From contig JAUQPQ010000001.1 of assembly GCA_030550295.1 (NCBI GenBank), forward strand, positions 2,162 to 66,161: a stretch of 64,000 nt of DNA, written 5' to 3'. The notes under the pieces are model-generated. The model was not told the origin of the DNA, made no database searches, and saw nothing but the letters and a program-made list of their open reading frames with translations. This document shows positions 47,648-57,792 of this stretch, piece after piece (the stretch's first letter is position 1; each line of letters begins with the position of its first letter). The translations under genes were made by a program, and so were the position numbers. The DNA is from Chloroflexota bacterium. Its GTDB lineage: Bacteria; Chloroflexota; Dehalococcoidia; SM23-28-2; HRBIN24.

Positions 47648-47650
47648 CCC

Positions 47651-48772
47651 TCACCTGACCTGCATGACCTGACGGTAGTAGGCAAGGACACGTTGGACTA
47701 TGTGGTCCCAGGCATAGCAGGAGGCCGTTCGTAGGCCTTCCTGCCCCATTGACTCCCTTAGGGGAGGATCGGAAAGGAGACGGTACAAGGCCTGGGCCAG
47801 GGCATGGGCATCGCCGGGGGGGACTAGAAAGCCTTGGCGGCCATCTTGCAAAACTTCGGCGAATCCTGGGATGCGGGAGGCCACGATGGGCAAACCTGAG
47901 GCCATCGCCTCTAACAAGACGATCCCTTGGCTCTCCGCCCCCGTATTAGGGGCGCAGAAGATATGGGCGCTGCGGTAATAGCGGGGAACCTCCTCATCGG
48001 GCACGCGACCTGTGAAGATGACGTCTTTAAGCCCTGTACGCTCAACGAAGCGCTGGCAGGGCCCCATCATGCCTCCGTCCCCTCCCACTACTATGAGGCG
48101 CAATTGGGGAAGTTCTTTCTTGAGGATGGAGTAGGCCTGCAGTAGATACGGCAGCCCTTTTCGTCTTTCCAAACGGCCCAAAAACAGGAGGTTTGCTTTG
48201 CCATCGTCTAGGCCAGGCAGGGGCAGAACCCCAGGCCCGAACCTCTCCACGTCTACACCGTTAGGGATGATGCGGTATCGTCCGGCAAAGTACTTGCCTA
48301 TGAGGCGGAGGGCGGTCCTGGAGACGGCGATCCGTCCCCATATGCGGGGCCAGTAAGGGCTGAGCAAGTTACGGGCATAAGCGTATAGACGGCTTCCCCC
48401 CTCGCGGGCGGCGTGGAAGGTGGCTACGATGGGGCCATCATAGAACCGCAGGAACTGGAGAGGCAAAAAGGGCATAAATGGCTCATGGAGATGGACCAGA
48501 TCCCACTTCTCCTGGGCCAGGAGGCGTCGGACTTGCCCAGCCAGGACGAAAGATAGGCAAATGCGGGCCACAGAGCCGCTGGCTGGGAGCCCTACCGTGT
48601 ATTTGCCCACCACCCGCAGATAAGGCAGGCGATGGGATCCAGGCCGCGATGAAGGTGCTATCACGGTAACTTGGTGCCCTTGGGCAATAAATCGGGTGGC
48701 GAGGTGATGTATGTGGTTGTTCACCCCCCCAGGGACTGCCCAATCGTATGGGGAGACGAGGGCTATTTTCAT
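47651..48772 (-). CDS. GT4 family glycosyltransferase (PimA-like mannosyltransferase)
   Basis: The 373-aa protein has the GT-B fold and the EX7E-region GT4 motifs (GRLERRKG, ESQGIVLLEAMASGLPIV). Confidence 0.75.
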   Translation of the reverse strand: MKIALVSPYDWAVPGGVNNHIHHLATRFIAQGHQVTVIAPSSRPGSHRLPYLRVVGKYTVGLPASGSVARICLSFVLAGQVRRLLAQEKWDLVHLHEPFMPFLPLQFLRFYDGPIVATFHAAREGGSRLYAYARNLLSPYWPRIWGRIAVSRTALRLIGKYFAGRYRIIPNGVDVERFGPGVLPLPGLDDGKANLLFLGRLERRKGLPYLLQAYSILKKELPQLRLIVVGGDGGMMGPCQRFVERTGLKDVIFTGRVPDEEVPRYYRSAHIFCAPNTGAESQGIVLLEAMASGLPIVASRIPGFAEVLQDGRQGFLVPPGDAHALAQALYRLLSDPPLRESMGQEGLRTASCYAWDHIVQRVLAYYRQVMQVR

Positions 48773-49515
48773 GGCCTCTTCCTAGGCAATAGCCTCAGCA
48801 CGAAACTTTTGGCGGTAGGGCCTAGGCCTACTGCTCGGGGGGTAGCGGTAAGGCCCCGCCAAGCCTGCCTAACCACCTGTCCCAGCCCCAGTTCCCAGGG
48901 GGACGGATGGCGACCGTTGATGCCTTGGGTCTGCCGGGCCATGATAGCCTTGCGCAACTCCTGGGCTGTGGTGCCTGGGAAAAGGGTGTAGGCGGTACCT
49001 ATGGCCTTGAGGAAGTGGGCATCGGATCCTCCCACCTCTGCCAGATGGAAAAGATTCTGGTTTAGCTCTCTGGCGCGGGCCTGGCCAGGCCTGGCCCCAG
49101 GGGACGCGTTAGCTGTCTCCAGGGCGTGCAGGTAGGGAAGGAGGCGTTCAATGTCCCTCTTGCCCAAGCTGCGGGTGAGCCAGCTCATGGGATGTGGCAC
49201 GACCACTATTCCTCCTTGGCGGTGCACTGCCTCTATTACCTCATGGGCAGGGCGCAGGCTGGGCAGCGGCTCCTTAATGAAGAGAGCCAGCAGGTGCCCC
49301 TCAATGGCGGTCACCTCCATGCCCATCACCACTTGGAAGCGATAGCGGCCCTTGGCCCACTCCTCAAGGACGGCGTATGCCCCTGCCAGGCTATCGTGGT
49401 CGGTGATGGCGATGACGTCTAGGTCTGTTTCCTCCTCGACATAACGAAGGATCTGGGCTGGGGTGGCCATGCCATCGCTGAAGGAGGTATGTATGTGAAG
49501 GTCAGCCTTGCCCAT
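48769..49515 (-). CDS. PHP-domain phosphoesterase
   Basis: PHP metal-binding motifs are present: ADLHIHTSFSDG, ITDHD, VVPHP, GGSDAHF. Confidence 0.75.
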   Translation of the reverse strand: MGKADLHIHTSFSDGMATPAQILRYVEEETDLDVIAITDHDSLAGAYAVLEEWAKGRYRFQVVMGMEVTAIEGHLLALFIKEPLPSLRPAHEVIEAVHRQGGIVVVPHPMSWLTRSLGKRDIERLLPYLHALETANASPGARPGQARARELNQNLFHLAEVGGSDAHFLKAIGTAYTLFPGTTAQELRKAIMARQTQGINGRHPSPWELGLGQVVRQAWRGLTATPRAVGLGPTAKSFVLRLLPRKRP

Positions 49516-50398
49516 AGTTATCTTTGCGTTCCTCAGTATCCCATATAGCTTCCAGTACTATCCACTGGCCAGGATCGCGCCGCACATAGGTCTCTAGTAT
49601 TTGCAAGAAACGTAGGGTGTTGGCAAGGACGTCCTCTTCCAGGGAGCCTCCCCTTGTAATCTCCATAGGCGGGTGGACAAAGACCTCTAGGCCGTGGCCA
49701 CGGCGGAAGGAGAAGACGGGTAGGACTATGGCACCCGTGCGTAGGGCCACCTCTATGGGGCCTATAGGCATGCTAGCTTCTGTGCCCAAGAAAGGGAGGC
49801 GTGCCCTAGGCCCCTGGATGTCCCTATCGCCCATGAGGGCTACCACCCCGCCCTGACGGAGAGTTTTTATCGCGGCCCTGACGCCTGCCACGCTCACGGG
49901 CAGGAAGGTGTGCCCCTTACGGGAACGAAGGCGGTCTACCAACTGGGAGAGCTGGGGAGGGTGGAGGGGTTCGGTAAGGGCTACCACCTTAATCCCATGG
50001 GCTAACAGCCCTTGTACTGCCAGCTCTGGGTTGCCCAGGTGGCCACTAAGAAGGATAACGCCTTTGCCTTGGGACAGGGCAGGCAGGAAGTGCTCGTAGA
50101 ACCCATGATGGGTGAGGTGCTGGCAGTAGAAAGAGTAAACGTCTAGGTAAGGCATGTGCACCAAGTCGGCATAATAGCGGGCCACATTGCGGAATACAGC
50201 CCTAGCTGTTCGTTGAAGTTGTATGGGCGAGGCTTGAGGCCCCAGCACGTGGTGCAGGTTATCTAACACCTTTCGGCGTAGTCCAGGCCGCAGCCAGTAG
50301 GCTATTTCCCCCGCTACGTCACAGAGGGGATAGAGGAGCCACACGGGTAGGCGCCCTAGGGTCAGGGAGGCCACCCAGATCAAAAGGTAACGCCACAT
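49502..50398 (-). CDS. lysophospholipid acyltransferase (LpxL/HtrB-like; PIM-acyltransferase-like)
   Basis: The 298-aa protein has an N-terminal TM and a lauroyl/myristoyl acyltransferase family pattern with HLGNPE. Confidence 0.7.
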   Translation of the reverse strand: MWRYLLIWVASLTLGRLPVWLLYPLCDVAGEIAYWLRPGLRRKVLDNLHHVLGPQASPIQLQRTARAVFRNVARYYADLVHMPYLDVYSFYCQHLTHHGFYEHFLPALSQGKGVILLSGHLGNPELAVQGLLAHGIKVVALTEPLHPPQLSQLVDRLRSRKGHTFLPVSVAGVRAAIKTLRQGGVVALMGDRDIQGPRARLPFLGTEASMPIGPIEVALRTGAIVLPVFSFRRGHGLEVFVHPPMEITRGGSLEEDVLANTLRFLQILETYVRRDPGQWIVLEAIWDTEERKDNYGQG

Positions 50399-50418
50399 CT
50401 ACCGGGGCCGCCTCGGCC

Positions 50419-51498
50419 CTACATTTGGCCGTTACCGGCGATGAACTCTTCTGTCAGCCTGCGTGCCTCGGCGTCGGTAAACTGCTTAGGCGGCGACTTC
50501 ATGAAGTAGGCGCTGGGCCCTATGAGGGGCCCAGGGACGCCTCGGTCCAGGGCCAGCTTGGCACACCTGATGGCATCTATCACCACGCCGGCCGAGTTGG
50601 GGCTATCCCACACCTCCAGCTTGCACTCCAAATTGATGGGCACTCCTCCGAAGGCTGTCCCCTCCATGCGGATGTAGCAGAACTTTCTGTCCAGCAGCCA
50701 GGGCACATAGTCGGAGGGGCCGATGTGCACATTGCCCTCGGGCAGCTCATAGCCCAGCTGGGAAGTGACGGCTGAAGTCTTGGAGATCTTCTTAGAAAGA
50801 AGGCGCTCCCTTTCAAGCATGTTGAGGAAGTCAGTGTTGCCGCCGAAGTTGAGCTGGTAAGTACGCTCTACCCTTACCCCCCTCTCTACAAAGAGGCGGG
50901 TGAGGACTCGGTGCAAAATGGTGGCCCCCACCTGCGACTTGATGTCGTCACCGATGATGGGTAGGCCACGCTCCTCAAACCGCTTCTGCCAGTAAGGTTC
51001 CCGGGCGATGAAGACGGGTATGCAGTTGACAAAGGCACATCCGGCCTGGAGCACCTGCTCCACGTACCACTTGGTGGCCTCCTCCGAGCCTACCGGTAGG
51101 AAGTTGACAACTACGTGAGTCTGCGTCTCCTTAAGGATGCGCACGATATCTGCGGTGGGCCCCGGCGCCTTGGCGATCACCTCCCGCAGGTATTTGCCCA
51201 GCCCATCATGGGTCATCCCCCGTTCCACTTTCACCCCTAAAGGGGGGACATCACAGAACTTGTAGGTGTTGTTAGGGGGCGTAAATATGGCCTCGGCCAA
51301 GTCCTTGCCCACCTTGTTGGCGTCGACGTCAAAGGCTGCTACGAACTCGATGTCACCTACGTGGTAGTCTCCTATTTTGACGTGCATGAGGCCGGGGATC
51401 TCCTCTTTTTCGTCGGTGTGCCGGTAGTAGTAGACACCTTGGACGAGGGCTGAGGCGCAATTCCCTATGCCGATGATGGCCACGTTTATCTTGCCCAT
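50419..51498 (-). CDS. ino1: myo-inositol-1-phosphate synthase (inositol-3-phosphate synthase)
   Basis: The 359-aa protein shows the bacterial/archaeal MIPS pattern ([19 protein letters not shown]-binding, [10 protein letters not shown]). Confidence 0.8.
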   Translation of the reverse strand: MGKINVAIIGIGNCASALVQGVYYYRHTDEKEEIPGLMHVKIGDYHVGDIEFVAAFDVDANKVGKDLAEAIFTPPNNTYKFCDVPPLGVKVERGMTHDGLGKYLREVIAKAPGPTADIVRILKETQTHVVVNFLPVGSEEATKWYVEQVLQAGCAFVNCIPVFIAREPYWQKRFEERGLPIIGDDIKSQVGATILHRVLTRLFVERGVRVERTYQLNFGGNTDFLNMLERERLLSKKISKTSAVTSQLGYELPEGNVHIGPSDYVPWLLDRKFCYIRMEGTAFGGVPINLECKLEVWDSPNSAGVVIDAIRCAKLALDRGVPGPLIGPSAYFMKSPPKQFTDAEARRLTEEFIAGNGQM

Positions 51499-51570
51499 GC
51501 TGCCTCCCTCCTTACAGAGATTCCGTGCCCCTTGGGGGCGTTTTCAGGCTGAGCGGATACTCAGTCTGAT

Positions 51571-51645
51571 TGGAGCGGGCGGCGGGGATCGAACCCGCGA
51601 CAACCGGCTTGGAAGGCCGGTGCTCTGCCACTGAGCTACGCCCGC
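51571..51645 (-). tRNA. tRNA-Gly (anticodon UCC)
   Basis: The reverse complement folds as GCGGGCG-TA-GCTCAGTGGCAGAGC-A-CCGGC-CTTCCAA-GCCGG-TTGTC-GCGGGTTCGATCCCCGC-CGCCCGC-T-CCA. Confidence 0.8.
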
Positions 51646-51707
51646 AGCCTCATCAATTATAGTATACCTTCCTTATTCACCAGGCCCCAAAGGCCGGCGA
51701 CCTTGCG

Positions 51708-52373
51708 CTAAGAGATGCGATACCCCTTGCCCGCCACCGTCTGGATGATCAGGTTGTCTCCTGCCACCTGACGTAGCTTGTGGCGGAGATTGCGTATGTG
51801 TGTCCGTACCACATCGGGGCTGCCGGCGTCCTCAGGGTAGCCCCACACTTGTTGCAACAGTTCGCGGATGCTCACTATCCTCCCCCGGTGGCGGGCCAGA
51901 TGCTCTAGGATGGCGGCCTCTGTCCCTGTGAGGCCGATGCTCCCATAGGGTCCCTTAAGCTGTTGAGAGGCCGGATAAAAGGAGGCAGGGCCCACGGTTA
52001 GAAGCTCCTCTTTGCCTCTCTCTTGCAACAGCTGGGAAAGGTGACGGGCCACTTCGGGCCCGGGACAGGGGCGCACCAAGACCTCATTGCTTCGGGGGTG
52101 AAAAGTTAAAGTTCCAGGCAGCCACCGCTCCTCGGGGCTAACCAGGAACAGGAGGGGGACGTTCTGCTCCTTAAGAAGATCGGCTAGACGGGCTACCTCT
52201 GGGACGCCTAAGTCGGTAGAGAGGACGGCAGCGTCTAAGGTAAGGGTCCCAAGGACAGAAATGGCCTCCTGGGGGGAAGCGGCTGCCACCACTTGATGGC
52301 CCAGGGCCATCAGCGCTTGCTGGACGGCCTGCAGGAGAAAAAGCTGGCATGAAGCTATTAGGATGGTGGCCAT
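51708..52373 (-). CDS. OmpR/PhoB-type winged-helix transcriptional regulator with atypical (acid-pocket-deficient) receiver domain
   Basis: The C-terminal trans_reg_C domain reads LTGTEAAILEHL..RIVSIRELLQQVWG...VRTHIRNLRHKL..IQTVAGKGYRI. The N-terminal Rec-like fold lacks the DD pair. Confidence 0.65.
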   Translation of the reverse strand: MATILIASCQLFLLQAVQQALMALGHQVVAAASPQEAISVLGTLTLDAAVLSTDLGVPEVARLADLLKEQNVPLLFLVSPEERWLPGTLTFHPRSNEVLVRPCPGPEVARHLSQLLQERGKEELLTVGPASFYPASQQLKGPYGSIGLTGTEAAILEHLARHRGRIVSIRELLQQVWGYPEDAGSPDVVRTHIRNLRHKLRQVAGDNLIIQTVAGKGYRIS

Positions 52374-52376
52374 CCC

Positions 52377-53135
52377 TTAGTGCAGCTCTTCCAATTCGAA
52401 GATGTAGGTGCCGTTGTCGTAACGTACCAACTCCCTACGCGCCGTATCGGCGATCCACGCGGTCTGCGTCTCTCCTTTACTCTCCGCCTCCAGGCGCCAG
52501 GCCAAGAAGGTGCCAGCGGGCACGGTAATTGGCTCCTTTGTTACCACCTTTAGGTGCATTATGGCGGCCGCCGGCTTGCGCAAGATGGCCGTTCCTACAT
52601 CTACGTAGGCTGCCTGGTAGCCGTAGTCCAAAGGGAGGGTTCGCCAAAGGGCGATATCTCCCCAGGAGTCGTAGTAGGAGGTGCCTACCGTTAGACTATC
52701 GGTGCGGCTGTCGTTGTCAGACTCTTGGGTGACGGTGACCTTACCATCTCCATATTGGACACGCCATCGCCTTTCGCCCCCTGGCCCAGTAAGGGCCCTC
52801 TCCACAGCAAGGGGCTTAAAGTAGGTGGCGTCCAAAGTGGCCCTGACTTCATCACGGAAACGGCTTTGGGAATCGATGAACTCTTGGCGGACCTCTATAG
52901 TGCGTCCCTGGTGGACGATAGCTATGGAGGCCTGCCCTACTGTCCTGTCGCCTCTAAGAAGACGGTACCGTGCTTCCTCTTGCCCCTCCCAGGGCACCAT
53001 CTGGATGGCCACATCGCCAGGGGGAGGAGGGGTTTCTTCTTGGGGGTTGCAGGCGAAAAGGGCCACAAGGAGAAGGCATGTGGCGATCACGTGCCACACG
53101 GGGAGTCCAGATCCTTTGCTGAGGTTAGTGGACAT
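52377..53135 (-). CDS. hypothetical lipoprotein
   Basis: A signal peptide with an LFAC lipobox is present after MSTNLSKGSGLPVW. No domain assigned. Confidence 0.5.
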   Translation of the reverse strand: MSTNLSKGSGLPVWHVIATCLLLVALFACNPQEETPPPPGDVAIQMVPWEGQEEARYRLLRGDRTVGQASIAIVHQGRTIEVRQEFIDSQSRFRDEVRATLDATYFKPLAVERALTGPGGERRWRVQYGDGKVTVTQESDNDSRTDSLTVGTSYYDSWGDIALWRTLPLDYGYQAAYVDVGTAILRKPAAAIMHLKVVTKEPITVPAGTFLAWRLEAESKGETQTAWIADTARRELVRYDNGTYIFELEELH

Positions 53136-53145
53136 GCACCTGGTA

Positions 53146-55209
53146 TTATGCCCGCTGGGCCTCTCGCTCTTTTTGGGCCTGTTCGATGATGCGCTGGGAG
53201 ATGTGTGGGGGCACCTCCTCATAGTGATGGAAGCTCATAGAATAGTGGCCCCGCCCCTGGGTGAGGGAGCGCAGGTCGGCGGCATAGCGCTGAACCTCAG
53301 CCAAGGGGGCTAGGGCCTCGATGGTGGTAAGCCCTGGCCCGGCAGGGTTGGTCCCCAGGACGCGGGCCCGCTTAGAGTTTAGGTCGCTTATGACGTCGCC
53401 GGTGTTGGCATCGGGGACGGTTATACGCATGTGCATGATCGGCTCCAACAGCACCGGTTTGGCCTCTTGCGCCCCCTTGCGGAAGGCGTGAGCAGCAGCG
53501 ATCTTGAAGGCGATGTCCGAGGAGTCGACAGGATGGTCTTTGCCGTCGAACAGGGTCACTTTCAAGTCCACGACGGGGTAGTAGGCTAGGACTCCCTCCT
53601 GCATGGCCTCAACGATGCCCTTCTCTACGGAGGGGATGAACTGCTTAGGTATGACCCCACCAACGATCTGGTCTACGAACTGGAAGCCCTGGCCCCTTGG
53701 GAGGGGTTCCAGGCGGATGGCTACCCTGGCGTATTGGCCTCTTCCCCCTGTCTGCTTCTTGTGGGTGTATTCGGCTACGGCAGTGGTGGTGATGGTCTCT
53801 TTATAAGGGACTTTGGGTGTGCTCATCTCCAGGTCGACATTGAACTTGCGCCGGATCTTCTCCAAGGCCACCTCTACGTGGGAGTCGCCCAGGCCTTGCA
53901 GGAGGACCTCGCCTGTGTCTTGGACACGTTCGATCCTCAGGCTTGGGTCCTCGTCCACTATGCGCTGGAGGGCGCTGCTCATCTTGTCCAGGTCGGCCTT
54001 GCTCTTAGGGTTGATGGCAGCAGAGAAGACTGGCTCAGGGAATAGGATGCCAGGGAGGATAATTGGATGGTCTCGCTGGCACAGGGTGTCGCCTGTGGCA
54101 GTTTCGGCCAGCTTGGCTACGGCGCCTATGTCACCGGCCACTAGCTCGCCTGTCTGGCTCTGGTTTTTGCCGCATATGTTGTAGAGGGGGCCGATACGTT
54201 CTTGCGCCTGGCGCTTGGAATTCCACACCTGGGAATCGGCGCGCAATGTGCCAGTATAGATGCGCAAGAAAGTAAGCCGCCCCACGTAAGGGTCAGCCGT
54301 GGTCTTGAAGGCGAGGGCCGCCAGAGGCCCGGAGGGATCAGCCTTTAGCTCTTGGCCGTCTTCGCTGGTGGCGGTAACGTCGGCAGGGGAAGGAAGGAGA
54401 CGGCAGATGAACTGGAGGAGGGGGCGGATGCCTATCGCTTTGGCGGCTGAGCCGACAAGTATGGGGACGAGTGCGCCAGAGGAGATGGCCTTCTTTAGGG
54501 CAGCCTCCACCTCCTGGACTCCCAGCTCTTCCCCTTCCAGATAGCGGCCCAGTAACTCATCGTCCACCTCTATTGCTGCCTCTATCAGCTTCTCTCGCCA
54601 CGTCTCAGCTTCAGAGGCCAAATCGGTGGGGATCTCTTCCTCCCGCTCCTCCTCTCCTAGGTAGGCGGTGCTGGTGAAGAGGTCGATCACCCCGCTAAAC
54701 CCATGTTCCTGGCCCACTGGAAGTTGCAACGGTAGACATTTCTTTCCCCAGTGCTCTTGTAGCTGGGAGACGACAGAGAAGAAGTTGGCGTTGTCCCGGT
54801 CTATACGGTTAACGAATACAGCCCTGGGGAGGGAGCGCTCGTTAGAGTACTGCCAGGCGAACTCCGTCCCTACCTGGACACCGGAGGCTGCGTCCACCAC
54901 GATGATGGCGGCATCGGCAGCTCTGAGGCCACATTTTACCTCGCCTTGAAAATCGGGATACCCAGGGGTGTCTAACAGGTTAAGTTTGTAGCCGTTCCAG
55001 CGGAAGGAGAGGACCGATAGGTTAATGGAGAAGCCGCGTCTATGCTCATCGGGGTCCCAGTCGGATGTGGTGGTCCCGTCCTCCACTCGCCCCATACGGG
55101 CGATGGCTCCGGCCCTGAAGAGGAGGGCTTCCGACAAGGTAGTCTTGCCGGTGCTGCCATGGCCTACTAGCGCCACATTGCGGATGTCCTTTGGGGCGTA
55201 TTGGGTCAT
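53146..55209 (-). CDS. elongation factor G paralog (EF-G2 / EF-G-like GTPase)
   Basis: The 687-aa protein has G1 VGHGSTGKTT, G3 DTPGYPDF, G4 NRID, and EF-G domains II-V. Its G1 diverges from canonical fusA (AHIDAGKTT). Confidence 0.75.
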   Translation of the reverse strand: MTQYAPKDIRNVALVGHGSTGKTTLSEALLFRAGAIARMGRVEDGTTTSDWDPDEHRRGFSINLSVLSFRWNGYKLNLLDTPGYPDFQGEVKCGLRAADAAIIVVDAASGVQVGTEFAWQYSNERSLPRAVFVNRIDRDNANFFSVVSQLQEHWGKKCLPLQLPVGQEHGFSGVIDLFTSTAYLGEEEREEEIPTDLASEAETWREKLIEAAIEVDDELLGRYLEGEELGVQEVEAALKKAISSGALVPILVGSAAKAIGIRPLLQFICRLLPSPADVTATSEDGQELKADPSGPLAALAFKTTADPYVGRLTFLRIYTGTLRADSQVWNSKRQAQERIGPLYNICGKNQSQTGELVAGDIGAVAKLAETATGDTLCQRDHPIILPGILFPEPVFSAAINPKSKADLDKMSSALQRIVDEDPSLRIERVQDTGEVLLQGLGDSHVEVALEKIRRKFNVDLEMSTPKVPYKETITTTAVAEYTHKKQTGGRGQYARVAIRLEPLPRGQGFQFVDQIVGGVIPKQFIPSVEKGIVEAMQEGVLAYYPVVDLKVTLFDGKDHPVDSSDIAFKIAAAHAFRKGAQEAKPVLLEPIMHMRITVPDANTGDVISDLNSKRARVLGTNPAGPGLTTIEALAPLAEVQRYAADLRSLTQGRGHYSMSFHHYEEVPPHISQRIIEQAQKEREAQRA

Positions 55210-55344
55210 GGGCTCCCCCCTACTGTCCTACCTCTTCACTGGCATATTACCACAGTGAGGGCACCTGGGCCTTGCCTTTCTCTAGCTTAAGGGCTATGTT
55301 ACAATTCCGCCAGATGCCCTGGATATGCAGCAGATAGGGAGGTT

Positions 55345-57231
55345 ATGCGTTTCTTGCCTCCTCCTCGGCGTTCATGGGACCGTTTCCCTAGGAGGCGGTT
55401 GGCACCACCCCCAGCTCAGGGCGCAGGCTCTCCCCCTGTAGAATCGCGCCGCCCCTTATCTGCGCCACGGGATCCTGGGCCTTATATCCTCGGTGGGGCC
55501 CTTCTGGTGGTGGTGTTAGTGGCCCTGGTGGTCAGTTTCACCTGCCTTGGCGGCGGAGAGGAGCAGGAGGCGATGGTGGGGCCGGGCATCAGTGTGCGGG
55601 CTCAAGAACCTCCCCCCTTGCCCAAGGGTTTTACCTTGGCCAGCAACTGGCTTGTCTTTCGGGTGAAGGAGGAACCTATCTCCCCTGTGCGCTTGGGCCT
55701 GCCCCTGCGCTCGGGCTTTGGACAGGCGCGGGATCTGGCCTTCTACACCTATCAGAATGGAAGGTGGCAACGCCTCAAGGAGGCGATAGTAGTATCTACT
55801 GAGGCCTTCCAGAGGGGGGAATGCCGGCCTTCTCAGGGTGTAGGTCAGGGCCCTCTCCTGGCCTGTGGCGAGTTCTTGCCTGTACCCCCAAACTTGGCGG
55901 TGCTGGCCGGCCGTCCCCCTCAGCAGGCGAAGGTGATCGCCTCCCTTCCTTCGATGGCTTCTCTGCATCCGGAGGCCCAAGAGCTAGCGTGGATGGTCAG
56001 CCCCCGTGACTTCCAGCCCTCTGACGATGGGGGTGTCAAGGGTAGGCTTACGTCGTTACGCCTTAGGCCAGGCCAGGAGCTGATCCCTACCATATGGGCA
56101 GGTGAATACGAGGCTGCAACCCTTAGGGCCATCTTGTCCGATGAGCGACTACGCGCCGCGCACATAGAGAAGATCCTCTCCCTGGTGAAATCGGAGGGCC
56201 TCAAGGGCGTCAATATTGAGTACGACGTTCCTCCTGAGGTGGCCGTTTCCTTCCAGGTCTTCGTGCGGGAGTTGGCCCAGGGCCTTCACCGGACGGAGGC
56301 CAAGCTGGCCGTTACCCTTCCACCCCCTGTCCCCTCTCCCACCGTGGACTGGGCAGCTGTGGGCGAGGCAGCCGATATGGTCTGGATGCTGCCGGTACTT
56401 GATCCCCAGTCGTACCGGGTAGTTATGCCTAGGGCCCTAGAATATGCTACAGCCCGGGTCCCTCCCGAGAAGCTCTATCTGGTGCTAAACCCCTTTAGCG
56501 TCCGTCGTCATCGTGGTGGCCTTGAATTGATAGGCTACGAAGAGGCCATGTCCCTCGCCTTGGAGGTAGATGTAACGTCGTCTGGGCCTCTGCGGCCTGG
56601 GAGCTCGGCCCAGCTGCGGGCGGTAAACCTCGTAAGTGGTGGTCTGGCCTGGAGTGACGATGTGGCTGCTGTCACCTTTACCATAGGCACGGGTGGCGAA
56701 GAGGTGATCTTTGTTGAGAACTTCTTTAGCGCCGGCTTTAAGCTGGAGATGGTGACGGCCTTTGGTCTGGCAGGGGTTGTGATAGCCGATGCCTCTGAGG
56801 AGTCGGATCTGGCCCCCATCTGGCCCCAAGTCCGGGAGATGGTAGAGACGGGCTCGCCGGTCCTGCAGCGGCCCAATGGGGGTGCCCTGACGCCTCGCTG
56901 GCAGGCCTCGGGCGGGCGGCTCAGCCGTGAGCAGGGAGCCTCCACCTCTTGGACAGCTCCAGGCGAGGGCACCTTCCAGGTAGAGCTGGTAGTGAGCGAC
57001 GGCCAAAACCGGTTCGGGCGGCGTGTCATTCTCACTGTGGGCGCGGCCCTTCCTCCCTCTCCTAGTCCCCAGCCCAGCCCAACGGTGATGCCCACTCCTA
57101 CCCCCTCACCTACTCCAATGCCAACGCCTACGCCGAGCCCCGCTCCTTCTACACCTACGCCTAGGCCTACTCCCACACCTACGCCCAGCCCTACTCCCAC
57201 GCCTACGCCCAGGCCAAGTCCTACCCCGTGA
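55345..57231 (+). CDS. membrane-anchored protein with possible GH18-like (chitinase-like TIM barrel, degenerate catalytic motif) domain and C-terminal Pro/Thr-rich tail
   Basis: It has an N-terminal cytoplasmic segment and a [10 protein letters not shown] sits where GH18 has DGxDxDWE. The last about 65 aa are PTPTPSP repeats. Confidence 0.4.
   Translation: MRFLPPPRRSWDRFPRRRLAPPPAQGAGSPPVESRRPLSAPRDPGPYILGGALLVVVLVALVVSFTCLGGGEEQEAMVGPGISVRAQEPPPLPKGFTLASNWLVFRVKEEPISPVRLGLPLRSGFGQARDLAFYTYQNGRWQRLKEAIVVSTEAFQRGECRPSQGVGQGPLLACGEFLPVPPNLAVLAGRPPQQAKVIASLPSMASLHPEAQELAWMVSPRDFQPSDDGGVKGRLTSLRLRPGQELIPTIWAGEYEAATLRAILSDERLRAAHIEKILSLVKSEGLKGVNIEYDVPPEVAVSFQVFVRELAQGLHRTEAKLAVTLPPPVPSPTVDWAAVGEAADMVWMLPVLDPQSYRVVMPRALEYATARVPPEKLYLVLNPFSVRRHRGGLELIGYEEAMSLALEVDVTSSGPLRPGSSAQLRAVNLVSGGLAWSDDVAAVTFTIGTGGEEVIFVENFFSAGFKLEMVTAFGLAGVVIADASEESDLAPIWPQVREMVETGSPVLQRPNGGALTPRWQASGGRLSREQGASTSWTAPGEGTFQVELVVSDGQNRFGRRVILTVGAALPPSPSPQPSPTVMPTPTPSPTPMPTPTPSPAPSTPTPRPTPTPTPSPTPTPTPRPSPTP
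57040..57228 (+). repeat. coding low-complexity tandem repeat (PT/PS-rich linker, cca/acg/cct/agc codon periodicity)
   Basis: Read directly from the sequence: ...cctactcctaccccctcacctactccaatgccaacgcctacgccgagccccgctcct.... Confidence 0.7.
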
Positions 57232-57776
57232 GGTGGGATATGAGGGTCCTAGGCGGCACGGCTAAGGGTCGTCTCCTCAAGGCAGTAGTGGGGACGAGAC
57301 CTACCGCCGCCAGGGTAAGGGCTGCCCTCTTCTCGGCCCTAGAGGCTATGGGTGCCAGTGTAGATCGCGTCCTTGACCTATATGCCGGCTCGGGGGCCCT
57401 GGGCATCGAGGCCCTTTCACGGGGGGCCTCATGGTGCGACTTTGTAGAGCAAGACCGGAGGGCTTGCGCTCAGATCCGTCGTAACCTGGTGGCCACGGGC
57501 CTAGCAGGACGGGCGTCCGTCATCTGCTCCTCTGTGGAACGGGCCCTGGGCCGCCTTCGAGGCCCCTATAGCCTCATACTGGCCGACCCCCCCTATAGGG
57601 ACGAAAGGGCCCTCGAGACTTTAGCGCAGCTGGCATCTTCAGCCCTAGTGGTAGTAGGCCTCACCACCATAGTTATTGAACACAGGTCTTCTCAGCCCAT
57701 GCCTTCAGCTATGGGCCCCTTCCGCCTGGTTAAGACCCTGCGCCATGGAGATAGCGCCCTATCCTTTTATCGCTGA
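57228..57776 (+). CDS. rsmD: 16S rRNA (guanine966-N2)-methyltransferase RsmD
   Basis: Motifs are present: [41 protein letters not shown], and DPPY. It is followed by coaD, a conserved pairing. Confidence 0.8.
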   Translation: MRWDMRVLGGTAKGRLLKAVVGTRPTAARVRAALFSALEAMGASVDRVLDLYAGSGALGIEALSRGASWCDFVEQDRRACAQIRRNLVATGLAGRASVICSSVERALGRLRGPYSLILADPPYRDERALETLAQLASSALVVVGLTTIVIEHRSSQPMPSAMGPFRLVKTLRHGDSALSFYR

Positions 57777-57792
57777 CAGAGGGAGGTGAGCC

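Noticed and set aside
57040-57228. Short tandem DNA repeats that could be a CRISPR-like or VNTR array.
   Set aside because: They are in-frame codon repeats encoding a Pro/Thr-rich tail of the upstream protein. There is no spacer structure.
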